A stretch of 64,000 bases of DNA from an uncultured Gammaproteobacteria bacterium (GCA_964424615.1 CAYRIU010000033.1:247-64246), one strand, 5' to 3'. Positions 17,778 through 27,843 are shown, counted from the stretch's first letter. A program made the numbers and translations. Notes: generated by a model not told the origin, from the letters alone.

Positions 17778-17873
17778 ATGTCATTGCGAGCGAACGGAGT
17801 GAGTGCGGCAACCTATAAACTCGTAGATTGCTTCGTCGTCTTTCGACTACGCTCGAGACTCCTCGCAATGACA
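17778..17873. repeat. palindromic structured repeat element, family B (GTCATTGCGAG...CTCGCAATGAC termini)
   Basis: 13-bp terminal inverted repeat ATGTCATTGCGAG/CTCGCAATGACAT enclosing about 70 nt with nested CGTAG...CTACG and TCGTCG...CGAC stems. Flanked by imperfect direct repeats TATCTCCAATcAGcCAAAAAGTAAAT at 17719 and 17899. Confidence 0.65.
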
Positions 17874-18032
17874 TTAATAAGTCATCAGCTGGCTTTTATT
17901 GCCTATCTCCAATTAGTGCAAAAGTAAATTAAGTAACCTTGACATTTATTTAAATTAATATTATGATATACTGTTTGTGAAGATTCACGTGTTCCGGCCT
18001 TGAAAGAGTGTCTGAGTAGTAAGGGGGTCTTC

Positions 18033-18227
18033 ATGGAAAAGAGGAGTAGGAATTGGGACGCGCTCGTGACTGCTGTCAACGAGCTGCATGGTGTGTTGCA
18101 GGAGAAGCCTGACGACAAGAAGTTGCCCTTTCAAAGAAGTCCCGGTGGTATCTTGAATGCCTATCGGGAAGGCGACCTGAGCTTCGATGATGCAGTAATG
18201 CATCTCGAAGATTGGGCTGGCAAGTAG
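18033..18227 (+). CDS. small hypothetical protein, compositionally atypical (about 53% GC)
   Basis: Own promoter TTGACA (17939)-17-TATGAT and own terminator at 18256-18305. GC3-rich codons. 64 aa from the ATG at 18033. Lies between two palindromic elements. Confidence 0.45.
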   Translation: MEKRSRNWDALVTAVNELHGVLQEKPDDKKLPFQRSPGGILNAYREGDLSFDDAVMHLEDWAGK

Positions 18228-18255
18228 CTAGCTCGATCCAGAGTTTGGTGATGCT

Positions 18256-18305
18256 AGAGACCTTGGTAGTATCACGTCAGTGAGTACCAGGGTCTTTTTT
18301 ATTTC
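18256..18305 (+). terminator. intrinsic terminator of the small GC-rich gene
   Basis: GACCTTGGTA...TACCAGGGTC stem followed by TTTTTTATTT. Confidence 0.5.
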
Positions 18306-18313
18306 ATGACAAA

Positions 18314-19642
18314 TTAATGGGATTCCCGCCTGCGCGGGAATGACGTGGAGATCTCTGCTTCCACACCCCAATTCAAAGCTTTGGTAATTTTTATTTTGAC
18401 AAATCCACCAATAGCTAGTGGTTTTTTGCTGGATATTTTGACAGTAGTGTAGTTAGCCAGTTTTCCCATATTGAGGTAATTTTGGCCTATTTTTTTATTT
18501 TGGTCAATCAAAACCAATGCTGTTTGATCAACTAATCTTCTATTAAAAGCCAAAGATTGTTGCCCAATGAGTTTATTGAGTTCTTGCCAACGTTTTTTCT
18601 TTTCTAGCTTCGGCACATCATCTTTGAACATTTTGGCAGCAGCTGTGCCTGCTCTACTAGAGTATTGAGCGAAGTAGGCGGTGTTGTAGTTTACTTCTTT
18701 TACTAAGTCCAAAGTTTCTTGGAATTGCTTGGCTGTCTCAGTTGGGAAGCCGACAATGATATCAGTGGAGATAGCTATATCAGGAATACTGGTGCGTATT
18801 TTTTTTATTAATTTTTTGTAATGAGTGATAGTGTAGTGACGATTCATTTTTTTGAGGATGACATCAGAGCCAGATTGTACTGGTAGATGTAGATAGTGCG
18901 TCAGATTTTTGGCTTTGGCCATCACAGCGATCAGATCATCTGACATGTCATAGGGGTGGGAGGTCAAAAATTTTAGCCAAAAATTATCACCCAATTTATC
19001 AATTTTTTTTAGGAGCTCGGGAAATTTGATTTCAACTTTGATATCTAGTCCGTAGCTATTTACATTTTGACCCAACAAAATTATTTCTTTGTAATTGGCT
19101 TGCAATAATTTTTTGACCTCAGCAATTATATCTTTACTTGGGCGAGAGGTTTCACGGCCACGAGTATGGGGCACAGCGCAGTAGGTACAAAATTTATTAC
19201 AGCCAGTCATGATTGGCACATAGGCACGATAGCTAGAGTAGTAGCTAGGGTCAATACTAAAAAAGCTAGGCAAGGATAATTTTTCTTCTGGTTGGATGTT
19301 TTGTAAATCTGAGGTTAGATTTTCTAGGTGATTGATATCAATAAACAAATCAAACTTGCCAGCTAATTTTTTGCGGTCAGCCGGTAAGACACAGCCAGAG
19401 AGTAAGGTGACTAGTGGTCTTTTTTCTTTGACTAGTTGCCATTCGCGCAGTTTGCCGTAGATGCGATCAACGGCTGCTTGGCGAACTGAGCAGGCGATAA
19501 TGCCAATCAAATCAGCTTCGTTTTCATTTTTAGTTTCTTTGTAACCCAAACTAGTCAAAACTGTGGCTAGTCTTTCAGCATCAGACATGTTCATCTGACA
19601 GCCAAAGATTATTAAATGAAATTTCTTCGTATTTTTTTTCAT
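18314..19642 (-). CDS. miaB: MiaB-family radical-SAM tRNA methylthiotransferase
   Basis: N-terminal MTTase domain (FHLIIFGCQMNMSDAERL), radical SAM CxxxCxxC (CNKFCTYCAVP), C-terminal TRAM. Last 9 codons derive from repeat copy 3. Confidence 0.85.
   Translation of the reverse strand: MKKNTKKFHLIIFGCQMNMSDAERLATVLTSLGYKETKNENEADLIGIIACSVRQAAVDRIYGKLREWQLVKEKRPLVTLLSGCVLPADRKKLAGKFDLFIDINHLENLTSDLQNIQPEEKLSLPSFFSIDPSYYSSYRAYVPIMTGCNKFCTYCAVPHTRGRETSRPSKDIIAEVKKLLQANYKEIILLGQNVNSYGLDIKVEIKFPELLKKIDKLGDNFWLKFLTSHPYDMSDDLIAVMAKAKNLTHYLHLPVQSGSDVILKKMNRHYTITHYKKLIKKIRTSIPDIAISTDIIVGFPTETAKQFQETLDLVKEVNYNTAYFAQYSSRAGTAAAKMFKDDVPKLEKKKRWQELNKLIGQQSLAFNRRLVDQTALVLIDQNKKIGQNYLNMGKLANYTTVKISSKKPLAIGGFVKIKITKALNWGVEAEISTSFPRRRESH
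18320..18343. repeat. palindromic repeat module, family A, copy 3 (single module) embedded in the miaB 3' end
   Basis: GATTCCCGCCTGCGCGGGAATGAC; same 8-bp stem as the copies at 12963 and 15223. Its reverse complement encodes the last residues SFPRRRESH of the miaB ORF. Confidence 0.7.
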
Positions 19643-21060
19643 TAGATTACTTCGTTGTCATGCGATCCGGACTCTATCTGTCCGGAGTGAGTGATGCGGA
19701 TAAATTCGGCATTGGCTCTTAGCTCATTGAGATTTCTGGCATTGCCATAGCTCATACCAGAGCGTAGACCACCAACAAAAGTATTGATGATATTTTGGAC
19801 TGGTCCACGATAGGGGACTCTAGCTTCTATACCTTCTGGCGTGATTTGGTTTATTTTTTCTTTGGCATCTGGTCTGGATAGCGCAGCGGTGAGTGAAGCC
19901 ATGCCACGAGAGATTTTGTATTGACGGCCTTTGTAGTTGAGAGTAGGGCCGGGAGTTTCCTCAGTGCCAGCAAATTGTCCGCCTATCATGACACTGTCAG
20001 CACCAGCTGCCAATGCCTTTACTAGATCAGCAGGTTGCTTCACACCACCATCAGCAATCAGTGGTACTCCGGTAGCTTGGCAGATAGGAGCGATATTAAA
20101 AATTGCAGTCAATTGAGGTACACCAAAGCCAGTGGTAATTCTAGTGGTACATATAGAGCCTGGTCCGATACCGACTTTGACACCTTGGACACCAGCGGCG
20201 ATCATGTCTTTGGCTGCTTGAGCTGTTGCAATATTGCCACCAATGATATTGATATTGGGGTAAGTGTTGCGGATTTGTTCGATGGAGCGTAGGGCGTTGA
20301 TGGAGTGTCCATGAGCAATATCCATGACTAGGACATCTACTTCAGCTTCGATCAAAGCTTTGGCGCGCTCCAAAAATCCATCTCGGACACCGATAGCCGC
20401 ACCGACCAAAAGTCGGCCCTTGCTATCTTTGCTAGCTTGGTGATTGTTCAAATTGCGACTAATGTCAGTAGCGGTCATCAGTCCCATGATGTTGAATTCG
20501 GCATCTACTAGAGGTAGCTTTTCTATCTTGTAGGTCTTCATCAAGTTTTTAGCTTCTTCTGGGCTGATGGACTGAGCAGCGGTGATGAGTTTACTTTTGG
20601 GAGTCATGAGCTCTGATACAAGAGTATTGTCATTGTAGGCAAAGAGCATATCACGGTGAGTGATGATACCTAGCAATTTGCGTCCATCATCAGTGACCAA
20701 AAAACTAGTGCAGTTCAATTCATTTATTTTAGCCTTGACTTCCGCTAGAGTGTTGTGGGATTTGACAGTAAAAGGGTTGTCTATGATGACATATTGTTTT
20801 CTTTTGACTTTGATTACTTCTCGTGCTTGGGTCTCTATATCACAAAAACGATGGATGATACCGATGCCACCAGCTAGCGACATGGCAATAGCCATACGAC
20901 TCTCAGTGACAGTGTCCATATTGGCACTGACTAGAGGTATTTTCAAAGATATGTTTTGTGTCAGTTTGGTAGTGATATCGACATCTTGTCTAGATTCTAC
21001 GGTAGATTTTTTTGGCACCAATAAAACATCATCGTAGGTAAGCGCGGTCTTGATTTCCAT
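19642..21060 (-). CDS. guaB: inosine-5'-monophosphate dehydrogenase
   Basis: TIM-barrel IMPDH motifs ([11 protein letters not shown] catalytic Cys loop) with inserted CBS pair. Confidence 0.9.
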   Translation of the reverse strand: MEIKTALTYDDVLLVPKKSTVESRQDVDITTKLTQNISLKIPLVSANMDTVTESRMAIAMSLAGGIGIIHRFCDIETQAREVIKVKRKQYVIIDNPFTVKSHNTLAEVKAKINELNCTSFLVTDDGRKLLGIITHRDMLFAYNDNTLVSELMTPKSKLITAAQSISPEEAKNLMKTYKIEKLPLVDAEFNIMGLMTATDISRNLNNHQASKDSKGRLLVGAAIGVRDGFLERAKALIEAEVDVLVMDIAHGHSINALRSIEQIRNTYPNINIIGGNIATAQAAKDMIAAGVQGVKVGIGPGSICTTRITTGFGVPQLTAIFNIAPICQATGVPLIADGGVKQPADLVKALAAGADSVMIGGQFAGTEETPGPTLNYKGRQYKISRGMASLTAALSRPDAKEKINQITPEGIEARVPYRGPVQNIINTFVGGLRSGMSYGNARNLNELRANAEFIRITHSGQIESGSHDNEVI

Positions 21061-21075
21061 ATTATTTTTCTTTCT

Positions 21076-22872
21076 TTAGAGACTTAGATCACGATTTTTG
21101 ATTTGGGTTTTTATTTTGTCGATGAATTTTTGTTTTTCTATATTGAGTAAATCTTTTTGTCCGCGTACTCTGACTGCCAAATCTTCAGAGCCCATTTCTT
21201 TGTCACCAATGACTAGAGTGTATGGTACTTTTTCGTGGGAAGATTTGCGTATTTTGTTGCCGACTGTTTCTGCACTTTCATCAATTTCTACACGGATGTT
21301 TTCAGCTTTAAAATCTTCAGCAATTTTGTGACAAAAATCTATATGATTTTCACCGACGCTGATGATTTTGACTTGGACAGGGGAGAGCCAGACCGGGAAA
21401 TTACCAGAGTAGTGTTCAATCAAGAAAGCAATGACACGTTCTAGAGCTCCGACTGAGGAGCGGTGTATGACCACACCTTTTTTCTCCTGACCATTTTTAT
21501 CAGTGTGTACTAGTTTGAATCTTTCCGGCATGACAAAGTCATATTGGACAGTGAAAGCTGTATCTTCTTTACCGATGACATTTTTCATTTGGATGTCGAT
21601 TTTTGGTCCATAGAAAGAAGCTTCGTCTGCTACCGCCACAAAATCACGTTTTATTTCTTGTAAAACTTCTTTGAGAGTATTTTCAGCCTGATCCCAAGCT
21701 TGGTCATCTTTGTAGTACTTTTCTTCATCTTGTCTGTTGCCTAGGGACAAGCGATAGGTGAAATCCTTACCAAATTCTAGACCAAAAGTATTGGCAATAT
21801 ATTCGATCAAGTCCAAAGCACCCTTGACTTCTTGTTTGGCTTGTTCAGTATCAGCGCAGATAATATGAGCATCAGCCAAGCAAAAACTTCTGACACGAAT
21901 GAGTCCAGTAAGCTCACCAGATTGCTCATAGCGATAGAGCTTGGCCAGCTCAGCAATACGCATTGGTAATTCACGATAGCTTCTTGGTTTGCTCAAGTAC
22001 AGTTCAAAATGATGAGGACAGGACATTGGTCTGAGCATGAACTCCTCATCGTCAATTTTTATAGGGGCGTACATGGAATCTTTGTAGTAGGGATAGTGTC
22101 CGGATTTTTTGTATAAATCAACTTTAGCAACATCGGGAGTATAGACGTGTTGGTAGTTGCGTTTTATTTCCTCATCTACTATAAATCTTTCTAATTCACG
22201 TCTGATAGCTGCACCTTTGGCAGTCCATAGTGGCAAACCCTTGCCGATTATTTCAGAAAAAGTAAACAAATCTAAATCTTTGCCGAGTTTTCGGTGATCG
22301 CGTAATTTGGCTTCTTCCAACATTTGTAAGTGTACGCGCAAATCTTTGGCATTGGCAAAAGCTAAACCGTAGATACGAGTCATCATTTCGCGTTTTTCAT
22401 CACCATGCCAGTAGGCACCAGCTAAGTGGGTCAACTTGAAACCATCGAGCGGTATGTCTTTGGAATTTTTGACATGTGGTCCAGCACACAAGTCTTCAAA
22501 ATCACCAGAAGCATAAAAAGTAATTTCTTCGTCAGCTGGCAAGTCATTGATCAGTTCTTCTTTGAAGTCTTGATGTTTAGCTTGCATTTTTTTGAGAGCC
22601 TCAGGACGATCAGCAGAGGAGCGAGTAAAATCAATATTTTGCTTAATGATCTCACGCATGCTGGCTTCTATTTCTGGTAAATCAGTGTCTGACAATTTTT
22701 CTGGTAAAATAAAGTCATAATAAAAACCATTGTCAATCACTGGTCCGATACCTAGTTTGGCATTAGGAAATTTTTTTAAAACGGCCATAGCCATGATGTG
22801 AGAGAGGGAGTGGCGAATTTGATGTAATTGTTCTCCCTCGACTTTGCTCGGGACATTCTGTTCTTTGTTCAT
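21076..22872 (-). CDS. thrS: threonine--tRNA ligase
   Basis: Class II aaRS motifs and ThrRS catalytic core (HRKLGKDLDLF..., ...HRSSVGALERVIAFLIEHY). Start set at the Met at 22872 because the longer ORF start would overlap the T-box terminator. Confidence 0.9.
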   Translation of the reverse strand: MNKEQNVPSKVEGEQLHQIRHSLSHIMAMAVLKKFPNAKLGIGPVIDNGFYYDFILPEKLSDTDLPEIEASMREIIKQNIDFTRSSADRPEALKKMQAKHQDFKEELINDLPADEEITFYASGDFEDLCAGPHVKNSKDIPLDGFKLTHLAGAYWHGDEKREMMTRIYGLAFANAKDLRVHLQMLEEAKLRDHRKLGKDLDLFTFSEIIGKGLPLWTAKGAAIRRELERFIVDEEIKRNYQHVYTPDVAKVDLYKKSGHYPYYKDSMYAPIKIDDEEFMLRPMSCPHHFELYLSKPRSYRELPMRIAELAKLYRYEQSGELTGLIRVRSFCLADAHIICADTEQAKQEVKGALDLIEYIANTFGLEFGKDFTYRLSLGNRQDEEKYYKDDQAWDQAENTLKEVLQEIKRDFVAVADEASFYGPKIDIQMKNVIGKEDTAFTVQYDFVMPERFKLVHTDKNGQEKKGVVIHRSSVGALERVIAFLIEHYSGNFPVWLSPVQVKIISVGENHIDFCHKIAEDFKAENIRVEIDESAETVGNKIRKSSHEKVPYTLVIGDKEMGSEDLAVRVRGQKDLLNIEKQKFIDKIKTQIKNRDLSL

Positions 22873-23090
22873 ATGTTTGATGTTTTTAAATAAAAAAACC
22901 AAGACTATTTAGTCTTGGGACCGCGTCAAACGCGGCGGTTCCACCCAAGTTTCCCTCGACAAGCTCGGGACACTTAATTATTTAGACTTAGGCGAGTTTA
23001 ACTCGATCTGACCCGCCTTCGTCCCTCGTTTATTCTCGGGACTTTGGCGAGGTAAAGAATAGCTGGTAGCTATTCCAATCGTCTAAAGCG
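22873..23090 (-). promoter_or_regulatory. T-box riboswitch leader (Thr specifier) upstream of thrS-guaB-miaB
   Basis: Minus strand contains the T-box consensus AAACUUGGGUGGAACCGCCGCG (22931-22952 on plus coordinates). It is followed by terminator CCAAGACUAAAUAGUCUUGG plus U7 (22892-22918) just before the thrS ATG. Stem I (GGCGC...CGCC) carries ACC codons. Confidence 0.75.
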
Positions 23091-23096
23091 CCTATA

Positions 23097-23126
23097 ATTA
23101 TAGCTCAAAGGTATAAGATTTGTCAA
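23097..23126 (-). promoter_or_regulatory. sigma70-type promoter (TTGACA-18-TATAAT) for the T-box/thrS operon
   Basis: Minus-strand TTGACA (23121-23126) and TATAAT (23097-23102) with 18-nt spacer. Confidence 0.55.
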
Positions 23127-23128
23127 AA

Positions 23129-24259
23129 TTACTCAATAATAATATGATCTTTGAGTTTTGGGGCGGTATGTACCCAAAATGGGAAAAATTTTACTTCTAC
23201 TTCATTGATATTAAACTCTCCTTGTAAGTATTCTTTGATTTGTTCAGCATTGAGGCCCACCAATTTTTCCTTGTCTATCAGCCAAGGGTGGCTACTAGAT
23301 TTTATTTTGGCATCGAGATTGACTTCGATGATAGCTGTATTTTTTTCTACATCGATTTCTGATATTTTGTAGCTATAGTTGTCTGGTAAAAATTCTACAA
23401 TACTTTGGTCGCTGGCTAGCTGTGAGGTAAATTTGTTTTCGGCTAGCTTGTACATATCAGTGACAGAAAAGACCAGTCCGTATACTTTTACTTTTTCTTT
23501 TATTTTGGCCGTAGGACTATTGTCGCCTAAGGCACTGGAGCTTAAGATTTCTTGTTTTACAAATAGACGATTTTCATCTATTCGTAAGTCACTAGCTAAT
23601 AATTCGTTTATTTTTTCTAGGCCTTGTTTTTTAGCTTCATTGATTAGATTGTTTTGGGCTGTATCAATATTTTCTTTGGTGACACTGTATCCTGGGCGAC
23701 TTTCTTGTTTGAAGCCGTCAGGCGCTTGGGCAAATATTTGGTCTTGTAGTTGTGGCCATAGACCGGGTATAGTCATTTTGTCCTGAGGATCTGCAGTGTA
23801 GTCGCTACCTGCTTGGTCAGCTTCAGCCCAGACTTTGACTTGTCCGTGAGTTGGGACATTTATATTTTCGCTAATGCGGTATATTTTGCCAGTGCTAGAT
23901 AATAGGCGAGTAGTTTTGACGAGAGTCTGATCTTTACTGTAATTGTTAATGATAGTGACGGTACCACCGGCCTTGTCGGCTGGTATGCTTTCACTGTTGC
24001 TGGGTGCACTAGCTTCTAGCTCTAGATCGACATTGATAATTTTGCCTATCAAGAAGTCGGTACTGACATTGTCTGTGCTTTCGGCTTGCAGGGCAATGAT
24101 TATTTGTTTGTTTTGGTTTTCATCACGACTAAATATACTGATAGTAGCTTTGGAAAGGGCAAAATGTAAGATCAAAAAAATAGCTCCAATAGTCAAGATC
24201 AAAAAGAAGCTAATAATTTTTACATAGATGTTATTTTTTGTTTTAGTTGTACTGGTCAT
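23129..24259 (-). CDS. hypothetical membrane-anchored secreted protein
   Basis: N-terminal TM helix (IISFFLILTIGAIFLILHFAL) then 340-aa extracytoplasmic region without recognisable domain. Confidence 0.45.
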   Translation of the reverse strand: MTSTTKTKNNIYVKIISFFLILTIGAIFLILHFALSKATISIFSRDENQNKQIIIALQAESTDNVSTDFLIGKIINVDLELEASAPSNSESIPADKAGGTVTIINNYSKDQTLVKTTRLLSSTGKIYRISENINVPTHGQVKVWAEADQAGSDYTADPQDKMTIPGLWPQLQDQIFAQAPDGFKQESRPGYSVTKENIDTAQNNLINEAKKQGLEKINELLASDLRIDENRLFVKQEILSSSALGDNSPTAKIKEKVKVYGLVFSVTDMYKLAENKFTSQLASDQSIVEFLPDNYSYKISEIDVEKNTAIIEVNLDAKIKSSSHPWLIDKEKLVGLNAEQIKEYLQGEFNINEVEVKFFPFWVHTAPKLKDHIIIE

Positions 24260-24319
24260 TGTTTTTGTAGTATTGATTGTTGATATTATAGCAAAAAAAA
24301 TAGCTCAAGGCTATTTTTT

Positions 24320-27300
24320 TTAGTTTAGTTCCCAAGCATTGGGGCCGAGGAGATCGCAAATTTCTTTTTTTAATTTTTCATCTGGCAATACTTTGAGGTT
24401 GGTTTTTAATTTTCGTGTTTTACCATTATTTATTTCTAGATAGACTGGCGTATTGCCTGGTTTGGTTTCTAGTATTTTTTTGATGATAGCTAGACCCTCT
24501 TTTTGAAAAGCAGCTGGTAGTTTTATCCAAAGTTTGTGGTTGGCTAGCTTGCCAGAGTGCCACTGACTGACTATTTTGTCATTGATTGGCTCTACGCCTT
24601 CAGCCAAGATTTTTGGCTGACCATCTTTTTCTGAAACTTTGCCACGGACTAGTATGCGCGCTTCGTCTTGCCAGAGACCAAAAGTTTTTTCTAAAGTTTT
24701 TGGAAAGACTAGGACTTCAGCCGAGCCAAAAGAGTCTTCTATACTGACAAAAAGCATATTTTGTCCTTTGTGAGTGATTTTTTTCTGGATAGCAGTGATT
24801 ACACCAGCGACAGTAATATCTTGTCCGTCACGATTTTTTAGCTGGGATAATTTGACAACATTATTTGGTAAGATATTTAGGTATTCCTTGAAGGGATGGT
24901 TGCTGATATATAGTCCCATCAGCTCTTTTTCCCAAGTTAGCTTGATATTTTCTTCAGCATCTGGGAAGTCATTGAGCTTGAGGGAGAGTATAGGGGCAGC
25001 CAATGGCAGGTCAGCAAAGAGGTTGTTTTGGCCTGTGGAGTGATCGTTTTGTATGCGTTTGTGAAATTCTAGTAGTTTTTCTAGATTGCCTAGGGCTTTG
25101 CCACGCGTAATGAATGAATCCAGAGCGCCAGCCTTGATCAAACTTTCTAGAGATTTTTTGTTGAGATCTTTGTCTTTGATGCGAAGTAGAAAATCCTCTA
25201 GTGATTTGTAAGGACCGTTTTCTTTTCTTTCATGAATTATTTCTTTGGCAATATGTTGTCCGACATTCTTGATAGCCTTGAGACCAAAACGCATTTTATT
25301 TTTTATTTTTGGATCTTTACCCATGACCACAGTAAAATCCCCAAAACTTTCGTTTATATCTGGTGCCAATACTTCGATGCCCATTTTGCGACATTCGTTG
25401 ATCTCTATGGTGATGCGGTCGATGTTGTTTTGGTCGGAGGTGAGGAGTGCAGCCATGAAAGCTTCAGGGTGATTGGATTTTAGGTAGGCAGTCTGGTAGG
25501 CGATCATAGCATAGCAAGCAGCGTGTGAACGATTGAAACCATAGCGAGCAAATGGCAAGATAAATTCCCAGATTTTTTCAGCTGTTTTTTTATCAATGCC
25601 ATTTTTGGTCATGCCATTGATCATGGCTACTTCTTGCTCCTGGAGGAGTTCTTTATTTTTTTTACCTACAGCTTTACGCAAGACATCAGCTTGTCCATAG
25701 CTAAAGCCAGCCAAGTCTCTAGCGATGCGCATGATTTGCTCCTGGTAGATAGCAATACCATAGGTGTTTTTCAAAATTGGTTCTAGGCGAGGATGGAGAT
25801 AGTTGATTTTTTTACGACCATGTTTACCCTCGACAAAGTCAGGAATAAATTCCATAGGACCAGGGCGATAGAGTGAGACCATAGCGATGATGTCTTCAAG
25901 CTCTGTGGGTACTAGTTGCTTGAGGTAGCGTTTCATACCGCCAGATTCTAGCTGGAAGACGCCAGTAGTTTCTCCGCGTTGTAGTAGAGCAAAACTTGGA
26001 GCGTCATCCAAAGGTATGTTATCAAGGTCTATTTTTATACCTTTGGTAGCCTCTATGACTTCCATAGCATGTTCTATGATACTCAAATTTTTTAGACCCA
26101 AAAAGTCCATTTTGAGTAAACCTAGATCTTCGATGGGGTGGAGAGAGTATTGAGAGATGATAGTTTTGTCATCAGAGCTAGCGTATTGGATAGGCACATG
26201 GTTGACTAAAGGTTCTTTGGTGATCAAGACACCGCAAGCATGAGTAGAGGTGTGGCGAGCTAGGCCTTCTAGTTTTTTGGCCATATCTAGTAGTCTTTGG
26301 GCCTCAGGATCTTCGCTATAGACGCGTTTTATATCTTCGACAGTCTCTAGTGTCTCTGCTAGAGAGGTAAACATAGGGATCATCTTGGCTATTTGATCGC
26401 AATAGCTATAGCTATATCCCAAGACTCTACCGACATCACGGACAGCCGCACGAGCAGCCATAGTTCCAAAAGTGATGATCTGAGCTACATGATCTTTGCC
26501 ATATTTATTTTCGACATAGTGTATGACTGCATCGCGTCCGGTGTCGGCAAAGTCCATATCGATATCAGGCATGGATACACGGTCAGGATTCAAAAATCTT
26601 TCAAAGAGTAAATCATATTTGATGGGGTCTATATTTGTGATACCGATTAAAAAAGACACCAAGCTACCAGCCGCTGAGCCTCTGCCAGGTCCTACTATTA
26701 TTTTATTGTTTTTGGCCCAATTGACGAAGTCTTGGACAATCAAGAAATAAGCAGCATAGCCAGTGCGTTCGATGATGGACAGTTCGTATTTCAGGCGTTC
26801 CGATATATTGCTTGGGAGTTCAGCTAATTTTTTGCCATATCTTTTTTCTATACCTAGTAGGGATAGTCTCTCTAGTTCGTTTTCGGGCGTGACACCATCT
26901 GGTAAATCATATTTTGGTAATTGGATTTTGCCTAATTCTATCTCTACATTGCAACGCTCAGCAATTTTATTGCAATTGTCTATGACTTCTGGGGTATCAG
27001 GAAAAAGATTTCGTATTTTTTCTTCGTTGTACATGGAGAAATCTTCTCCTAGGTAGGACATGCGATCTTGGTCGGATTGTTTTTGTTTTGTCTGGATGCA
27101 GAGCAAAATATCTTGTGCCTGATTATCTTCACTTTTGACATAGTGGATATCATTGGTAGCAATCAAAGGCACATTATATTTTTTGGCTAAATTGATCATG
27201 CCACGATTAGCCATGCCTTGCTCAGCATTATGTCTGTTTTGTAGCTCAATAAATAATCTATTAGGACCAAAAATATCTAGTAAAATTTGGAGATTTTTTT

Positions 27301-27754
27301 CAGCAGTATCATTTTGTTGGGCTAAGATATGACGAGCTAGAGGTCCATTGAGACAGGCAGTAGAAGCCAGCAAGCCATTGGCGTATTTTTTGAGAGTAGG
27401 CCAATCAATACGTGGTTTGTAATAATATCCTTCCAGATGAGCAATGCTGGTGAGTTTGAGTAAGTTTTTGTAGCCTTCATTGTTTTCAGCTAGCAGTATC
27501 AGATGATAGGGTTTTTCTTTGGAGCTTTTGTCAGTCAATGAGCCAGGAGTGACATAGGCCTCCACACCGATGATAGGTTTGATCCCAGCTTTTTTACATT
27601 TTTGGTAAAATTCAATAATACCATACATTGATCCATGATCGGTCAAAGCTAGAGCTGTCGCTCCTTGATTTTTGGCTTCAGCAATCAAAGAGTCGATAGT
27701 GCCGAGACCATCGAGGAGGCTATAGTGAGAATGGGTATGTAGGTGGATAAACAT
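24320..27754 (-). CDS. dnaE: DNA polymerase III subunit alpha
   Basis: PHP domain N-terminus MFIHLHTHSHYSLLDG..., 1144 aa, polymerase core and OB-fold C-terminus. Confidence 0.95.
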   Translation of the reverse strand: MFIHLHTHSHYSLLDGLGTIDSLIAEAKNQGATALALTDHGSMYGIIEFYQKCKKAGIKPIIGVEAYVTPGSLTDKSSKEKPYHLILLAENNEGYKNLLKLTSIAHLEGYYYKPRIDWPTLKKYANGLLASTACLNGPLARHILAQQNDTAEKNLQILLDIFGPNRLFIELQNRHNAEQGMANRGMINLAKKYNVPLIATNDIHYVKSEDNQAQDILLCIQTKQKQSDQDRMSYLGEDFSMYNEEKIRNLFPDTPEVIDNCNKIAERCNVEIELGKIQLPKYDLPDGVTPENELERLSLLGIEKRYGKKLAELPSNISERLKYELSIIERTGYAAYFLIVQDFVNWAKNNKIIVGPGRGSAAGSLVSFLIGITNIDPIKYDLLFERFLNPDRVSMPDIDMDFADTGRDAVIHYVENKYGKDHVAQIITFGTMAARAAVRDVGRVLGYSYSYCDQIAKMIPMFTSLAETLETVEDIKRVYSEDPEAQRLLDMAKKLEGLARHTSTHACGVLITKEPLVNHVPIQYASSDDKTIISQYSLHPIEDLGLLKMDFLGLKNLSIIEHAMEVIEATKGIKIDLDNIPLDDAPSFALLQRGETTGVFQLESGGMKRYLKQLVPTELEDIIAMVSLYRPGPMEFIPDFVEGKHGRKKINYLHPRLEPILKNTYGIAIYQEQIMRIARDLAGFSYGQADVLRKAVGKKNKELLQEQEVAMINGMTKNGIDKKTAEKIWEFILPFARYGFNRSHAACYAMIAYQTAYLKSNHPEAFMAALLTSDQNNIDRITIEINECRKMGIEVLAPDINESFGDFTVVMGKDPKIKNKMRFGLKAIKNVGQHIAKEIIHERKENGPYKSLEDFLLRIKDKDLNKKSLESLIKAGALDSFITRGKALGNLEKLLEFHKRIQNDHSTGQNNLFADLPLAAPILSLKLNDFPDAEENIKLTWEKELMGLYISNHPFKEYLNILPNNVVKLSQLKNRDGQDITVAGVITAIQKKITHKGQNMLFVSIEDSFGSAEVLVFPKTLEKTFGLWQDEARILVRGKVSEKDGQPKILAEGVEPINDKIVSQWHSGKLANHKLWIKLPAAFQKEGLAIIKKILETKPGNTPVYLEINNGKTRKLKTNLKVLPDEKLKKEICDLLGPNAWELN

Positions 27755-27784
27755 TTATCTTTTTATTTTTTAACGCAAACAATA

Positions 27785-27833
27785 AAACCCGATAATTTGT
27801 CGGTAGACAAAATCTTATCGGGATTTTTATTTT
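27785..27833. terminator. bidirectional-looking terminator hairpin upstream of dnaE
   Basis: AAAACCCGATAA-N22-TTATCGGGATTTTTATTTT; A-run on one side, T-run on the other. Confidence 0.45.
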
Positions 27834-27843
27834 GGTTTTTGTT

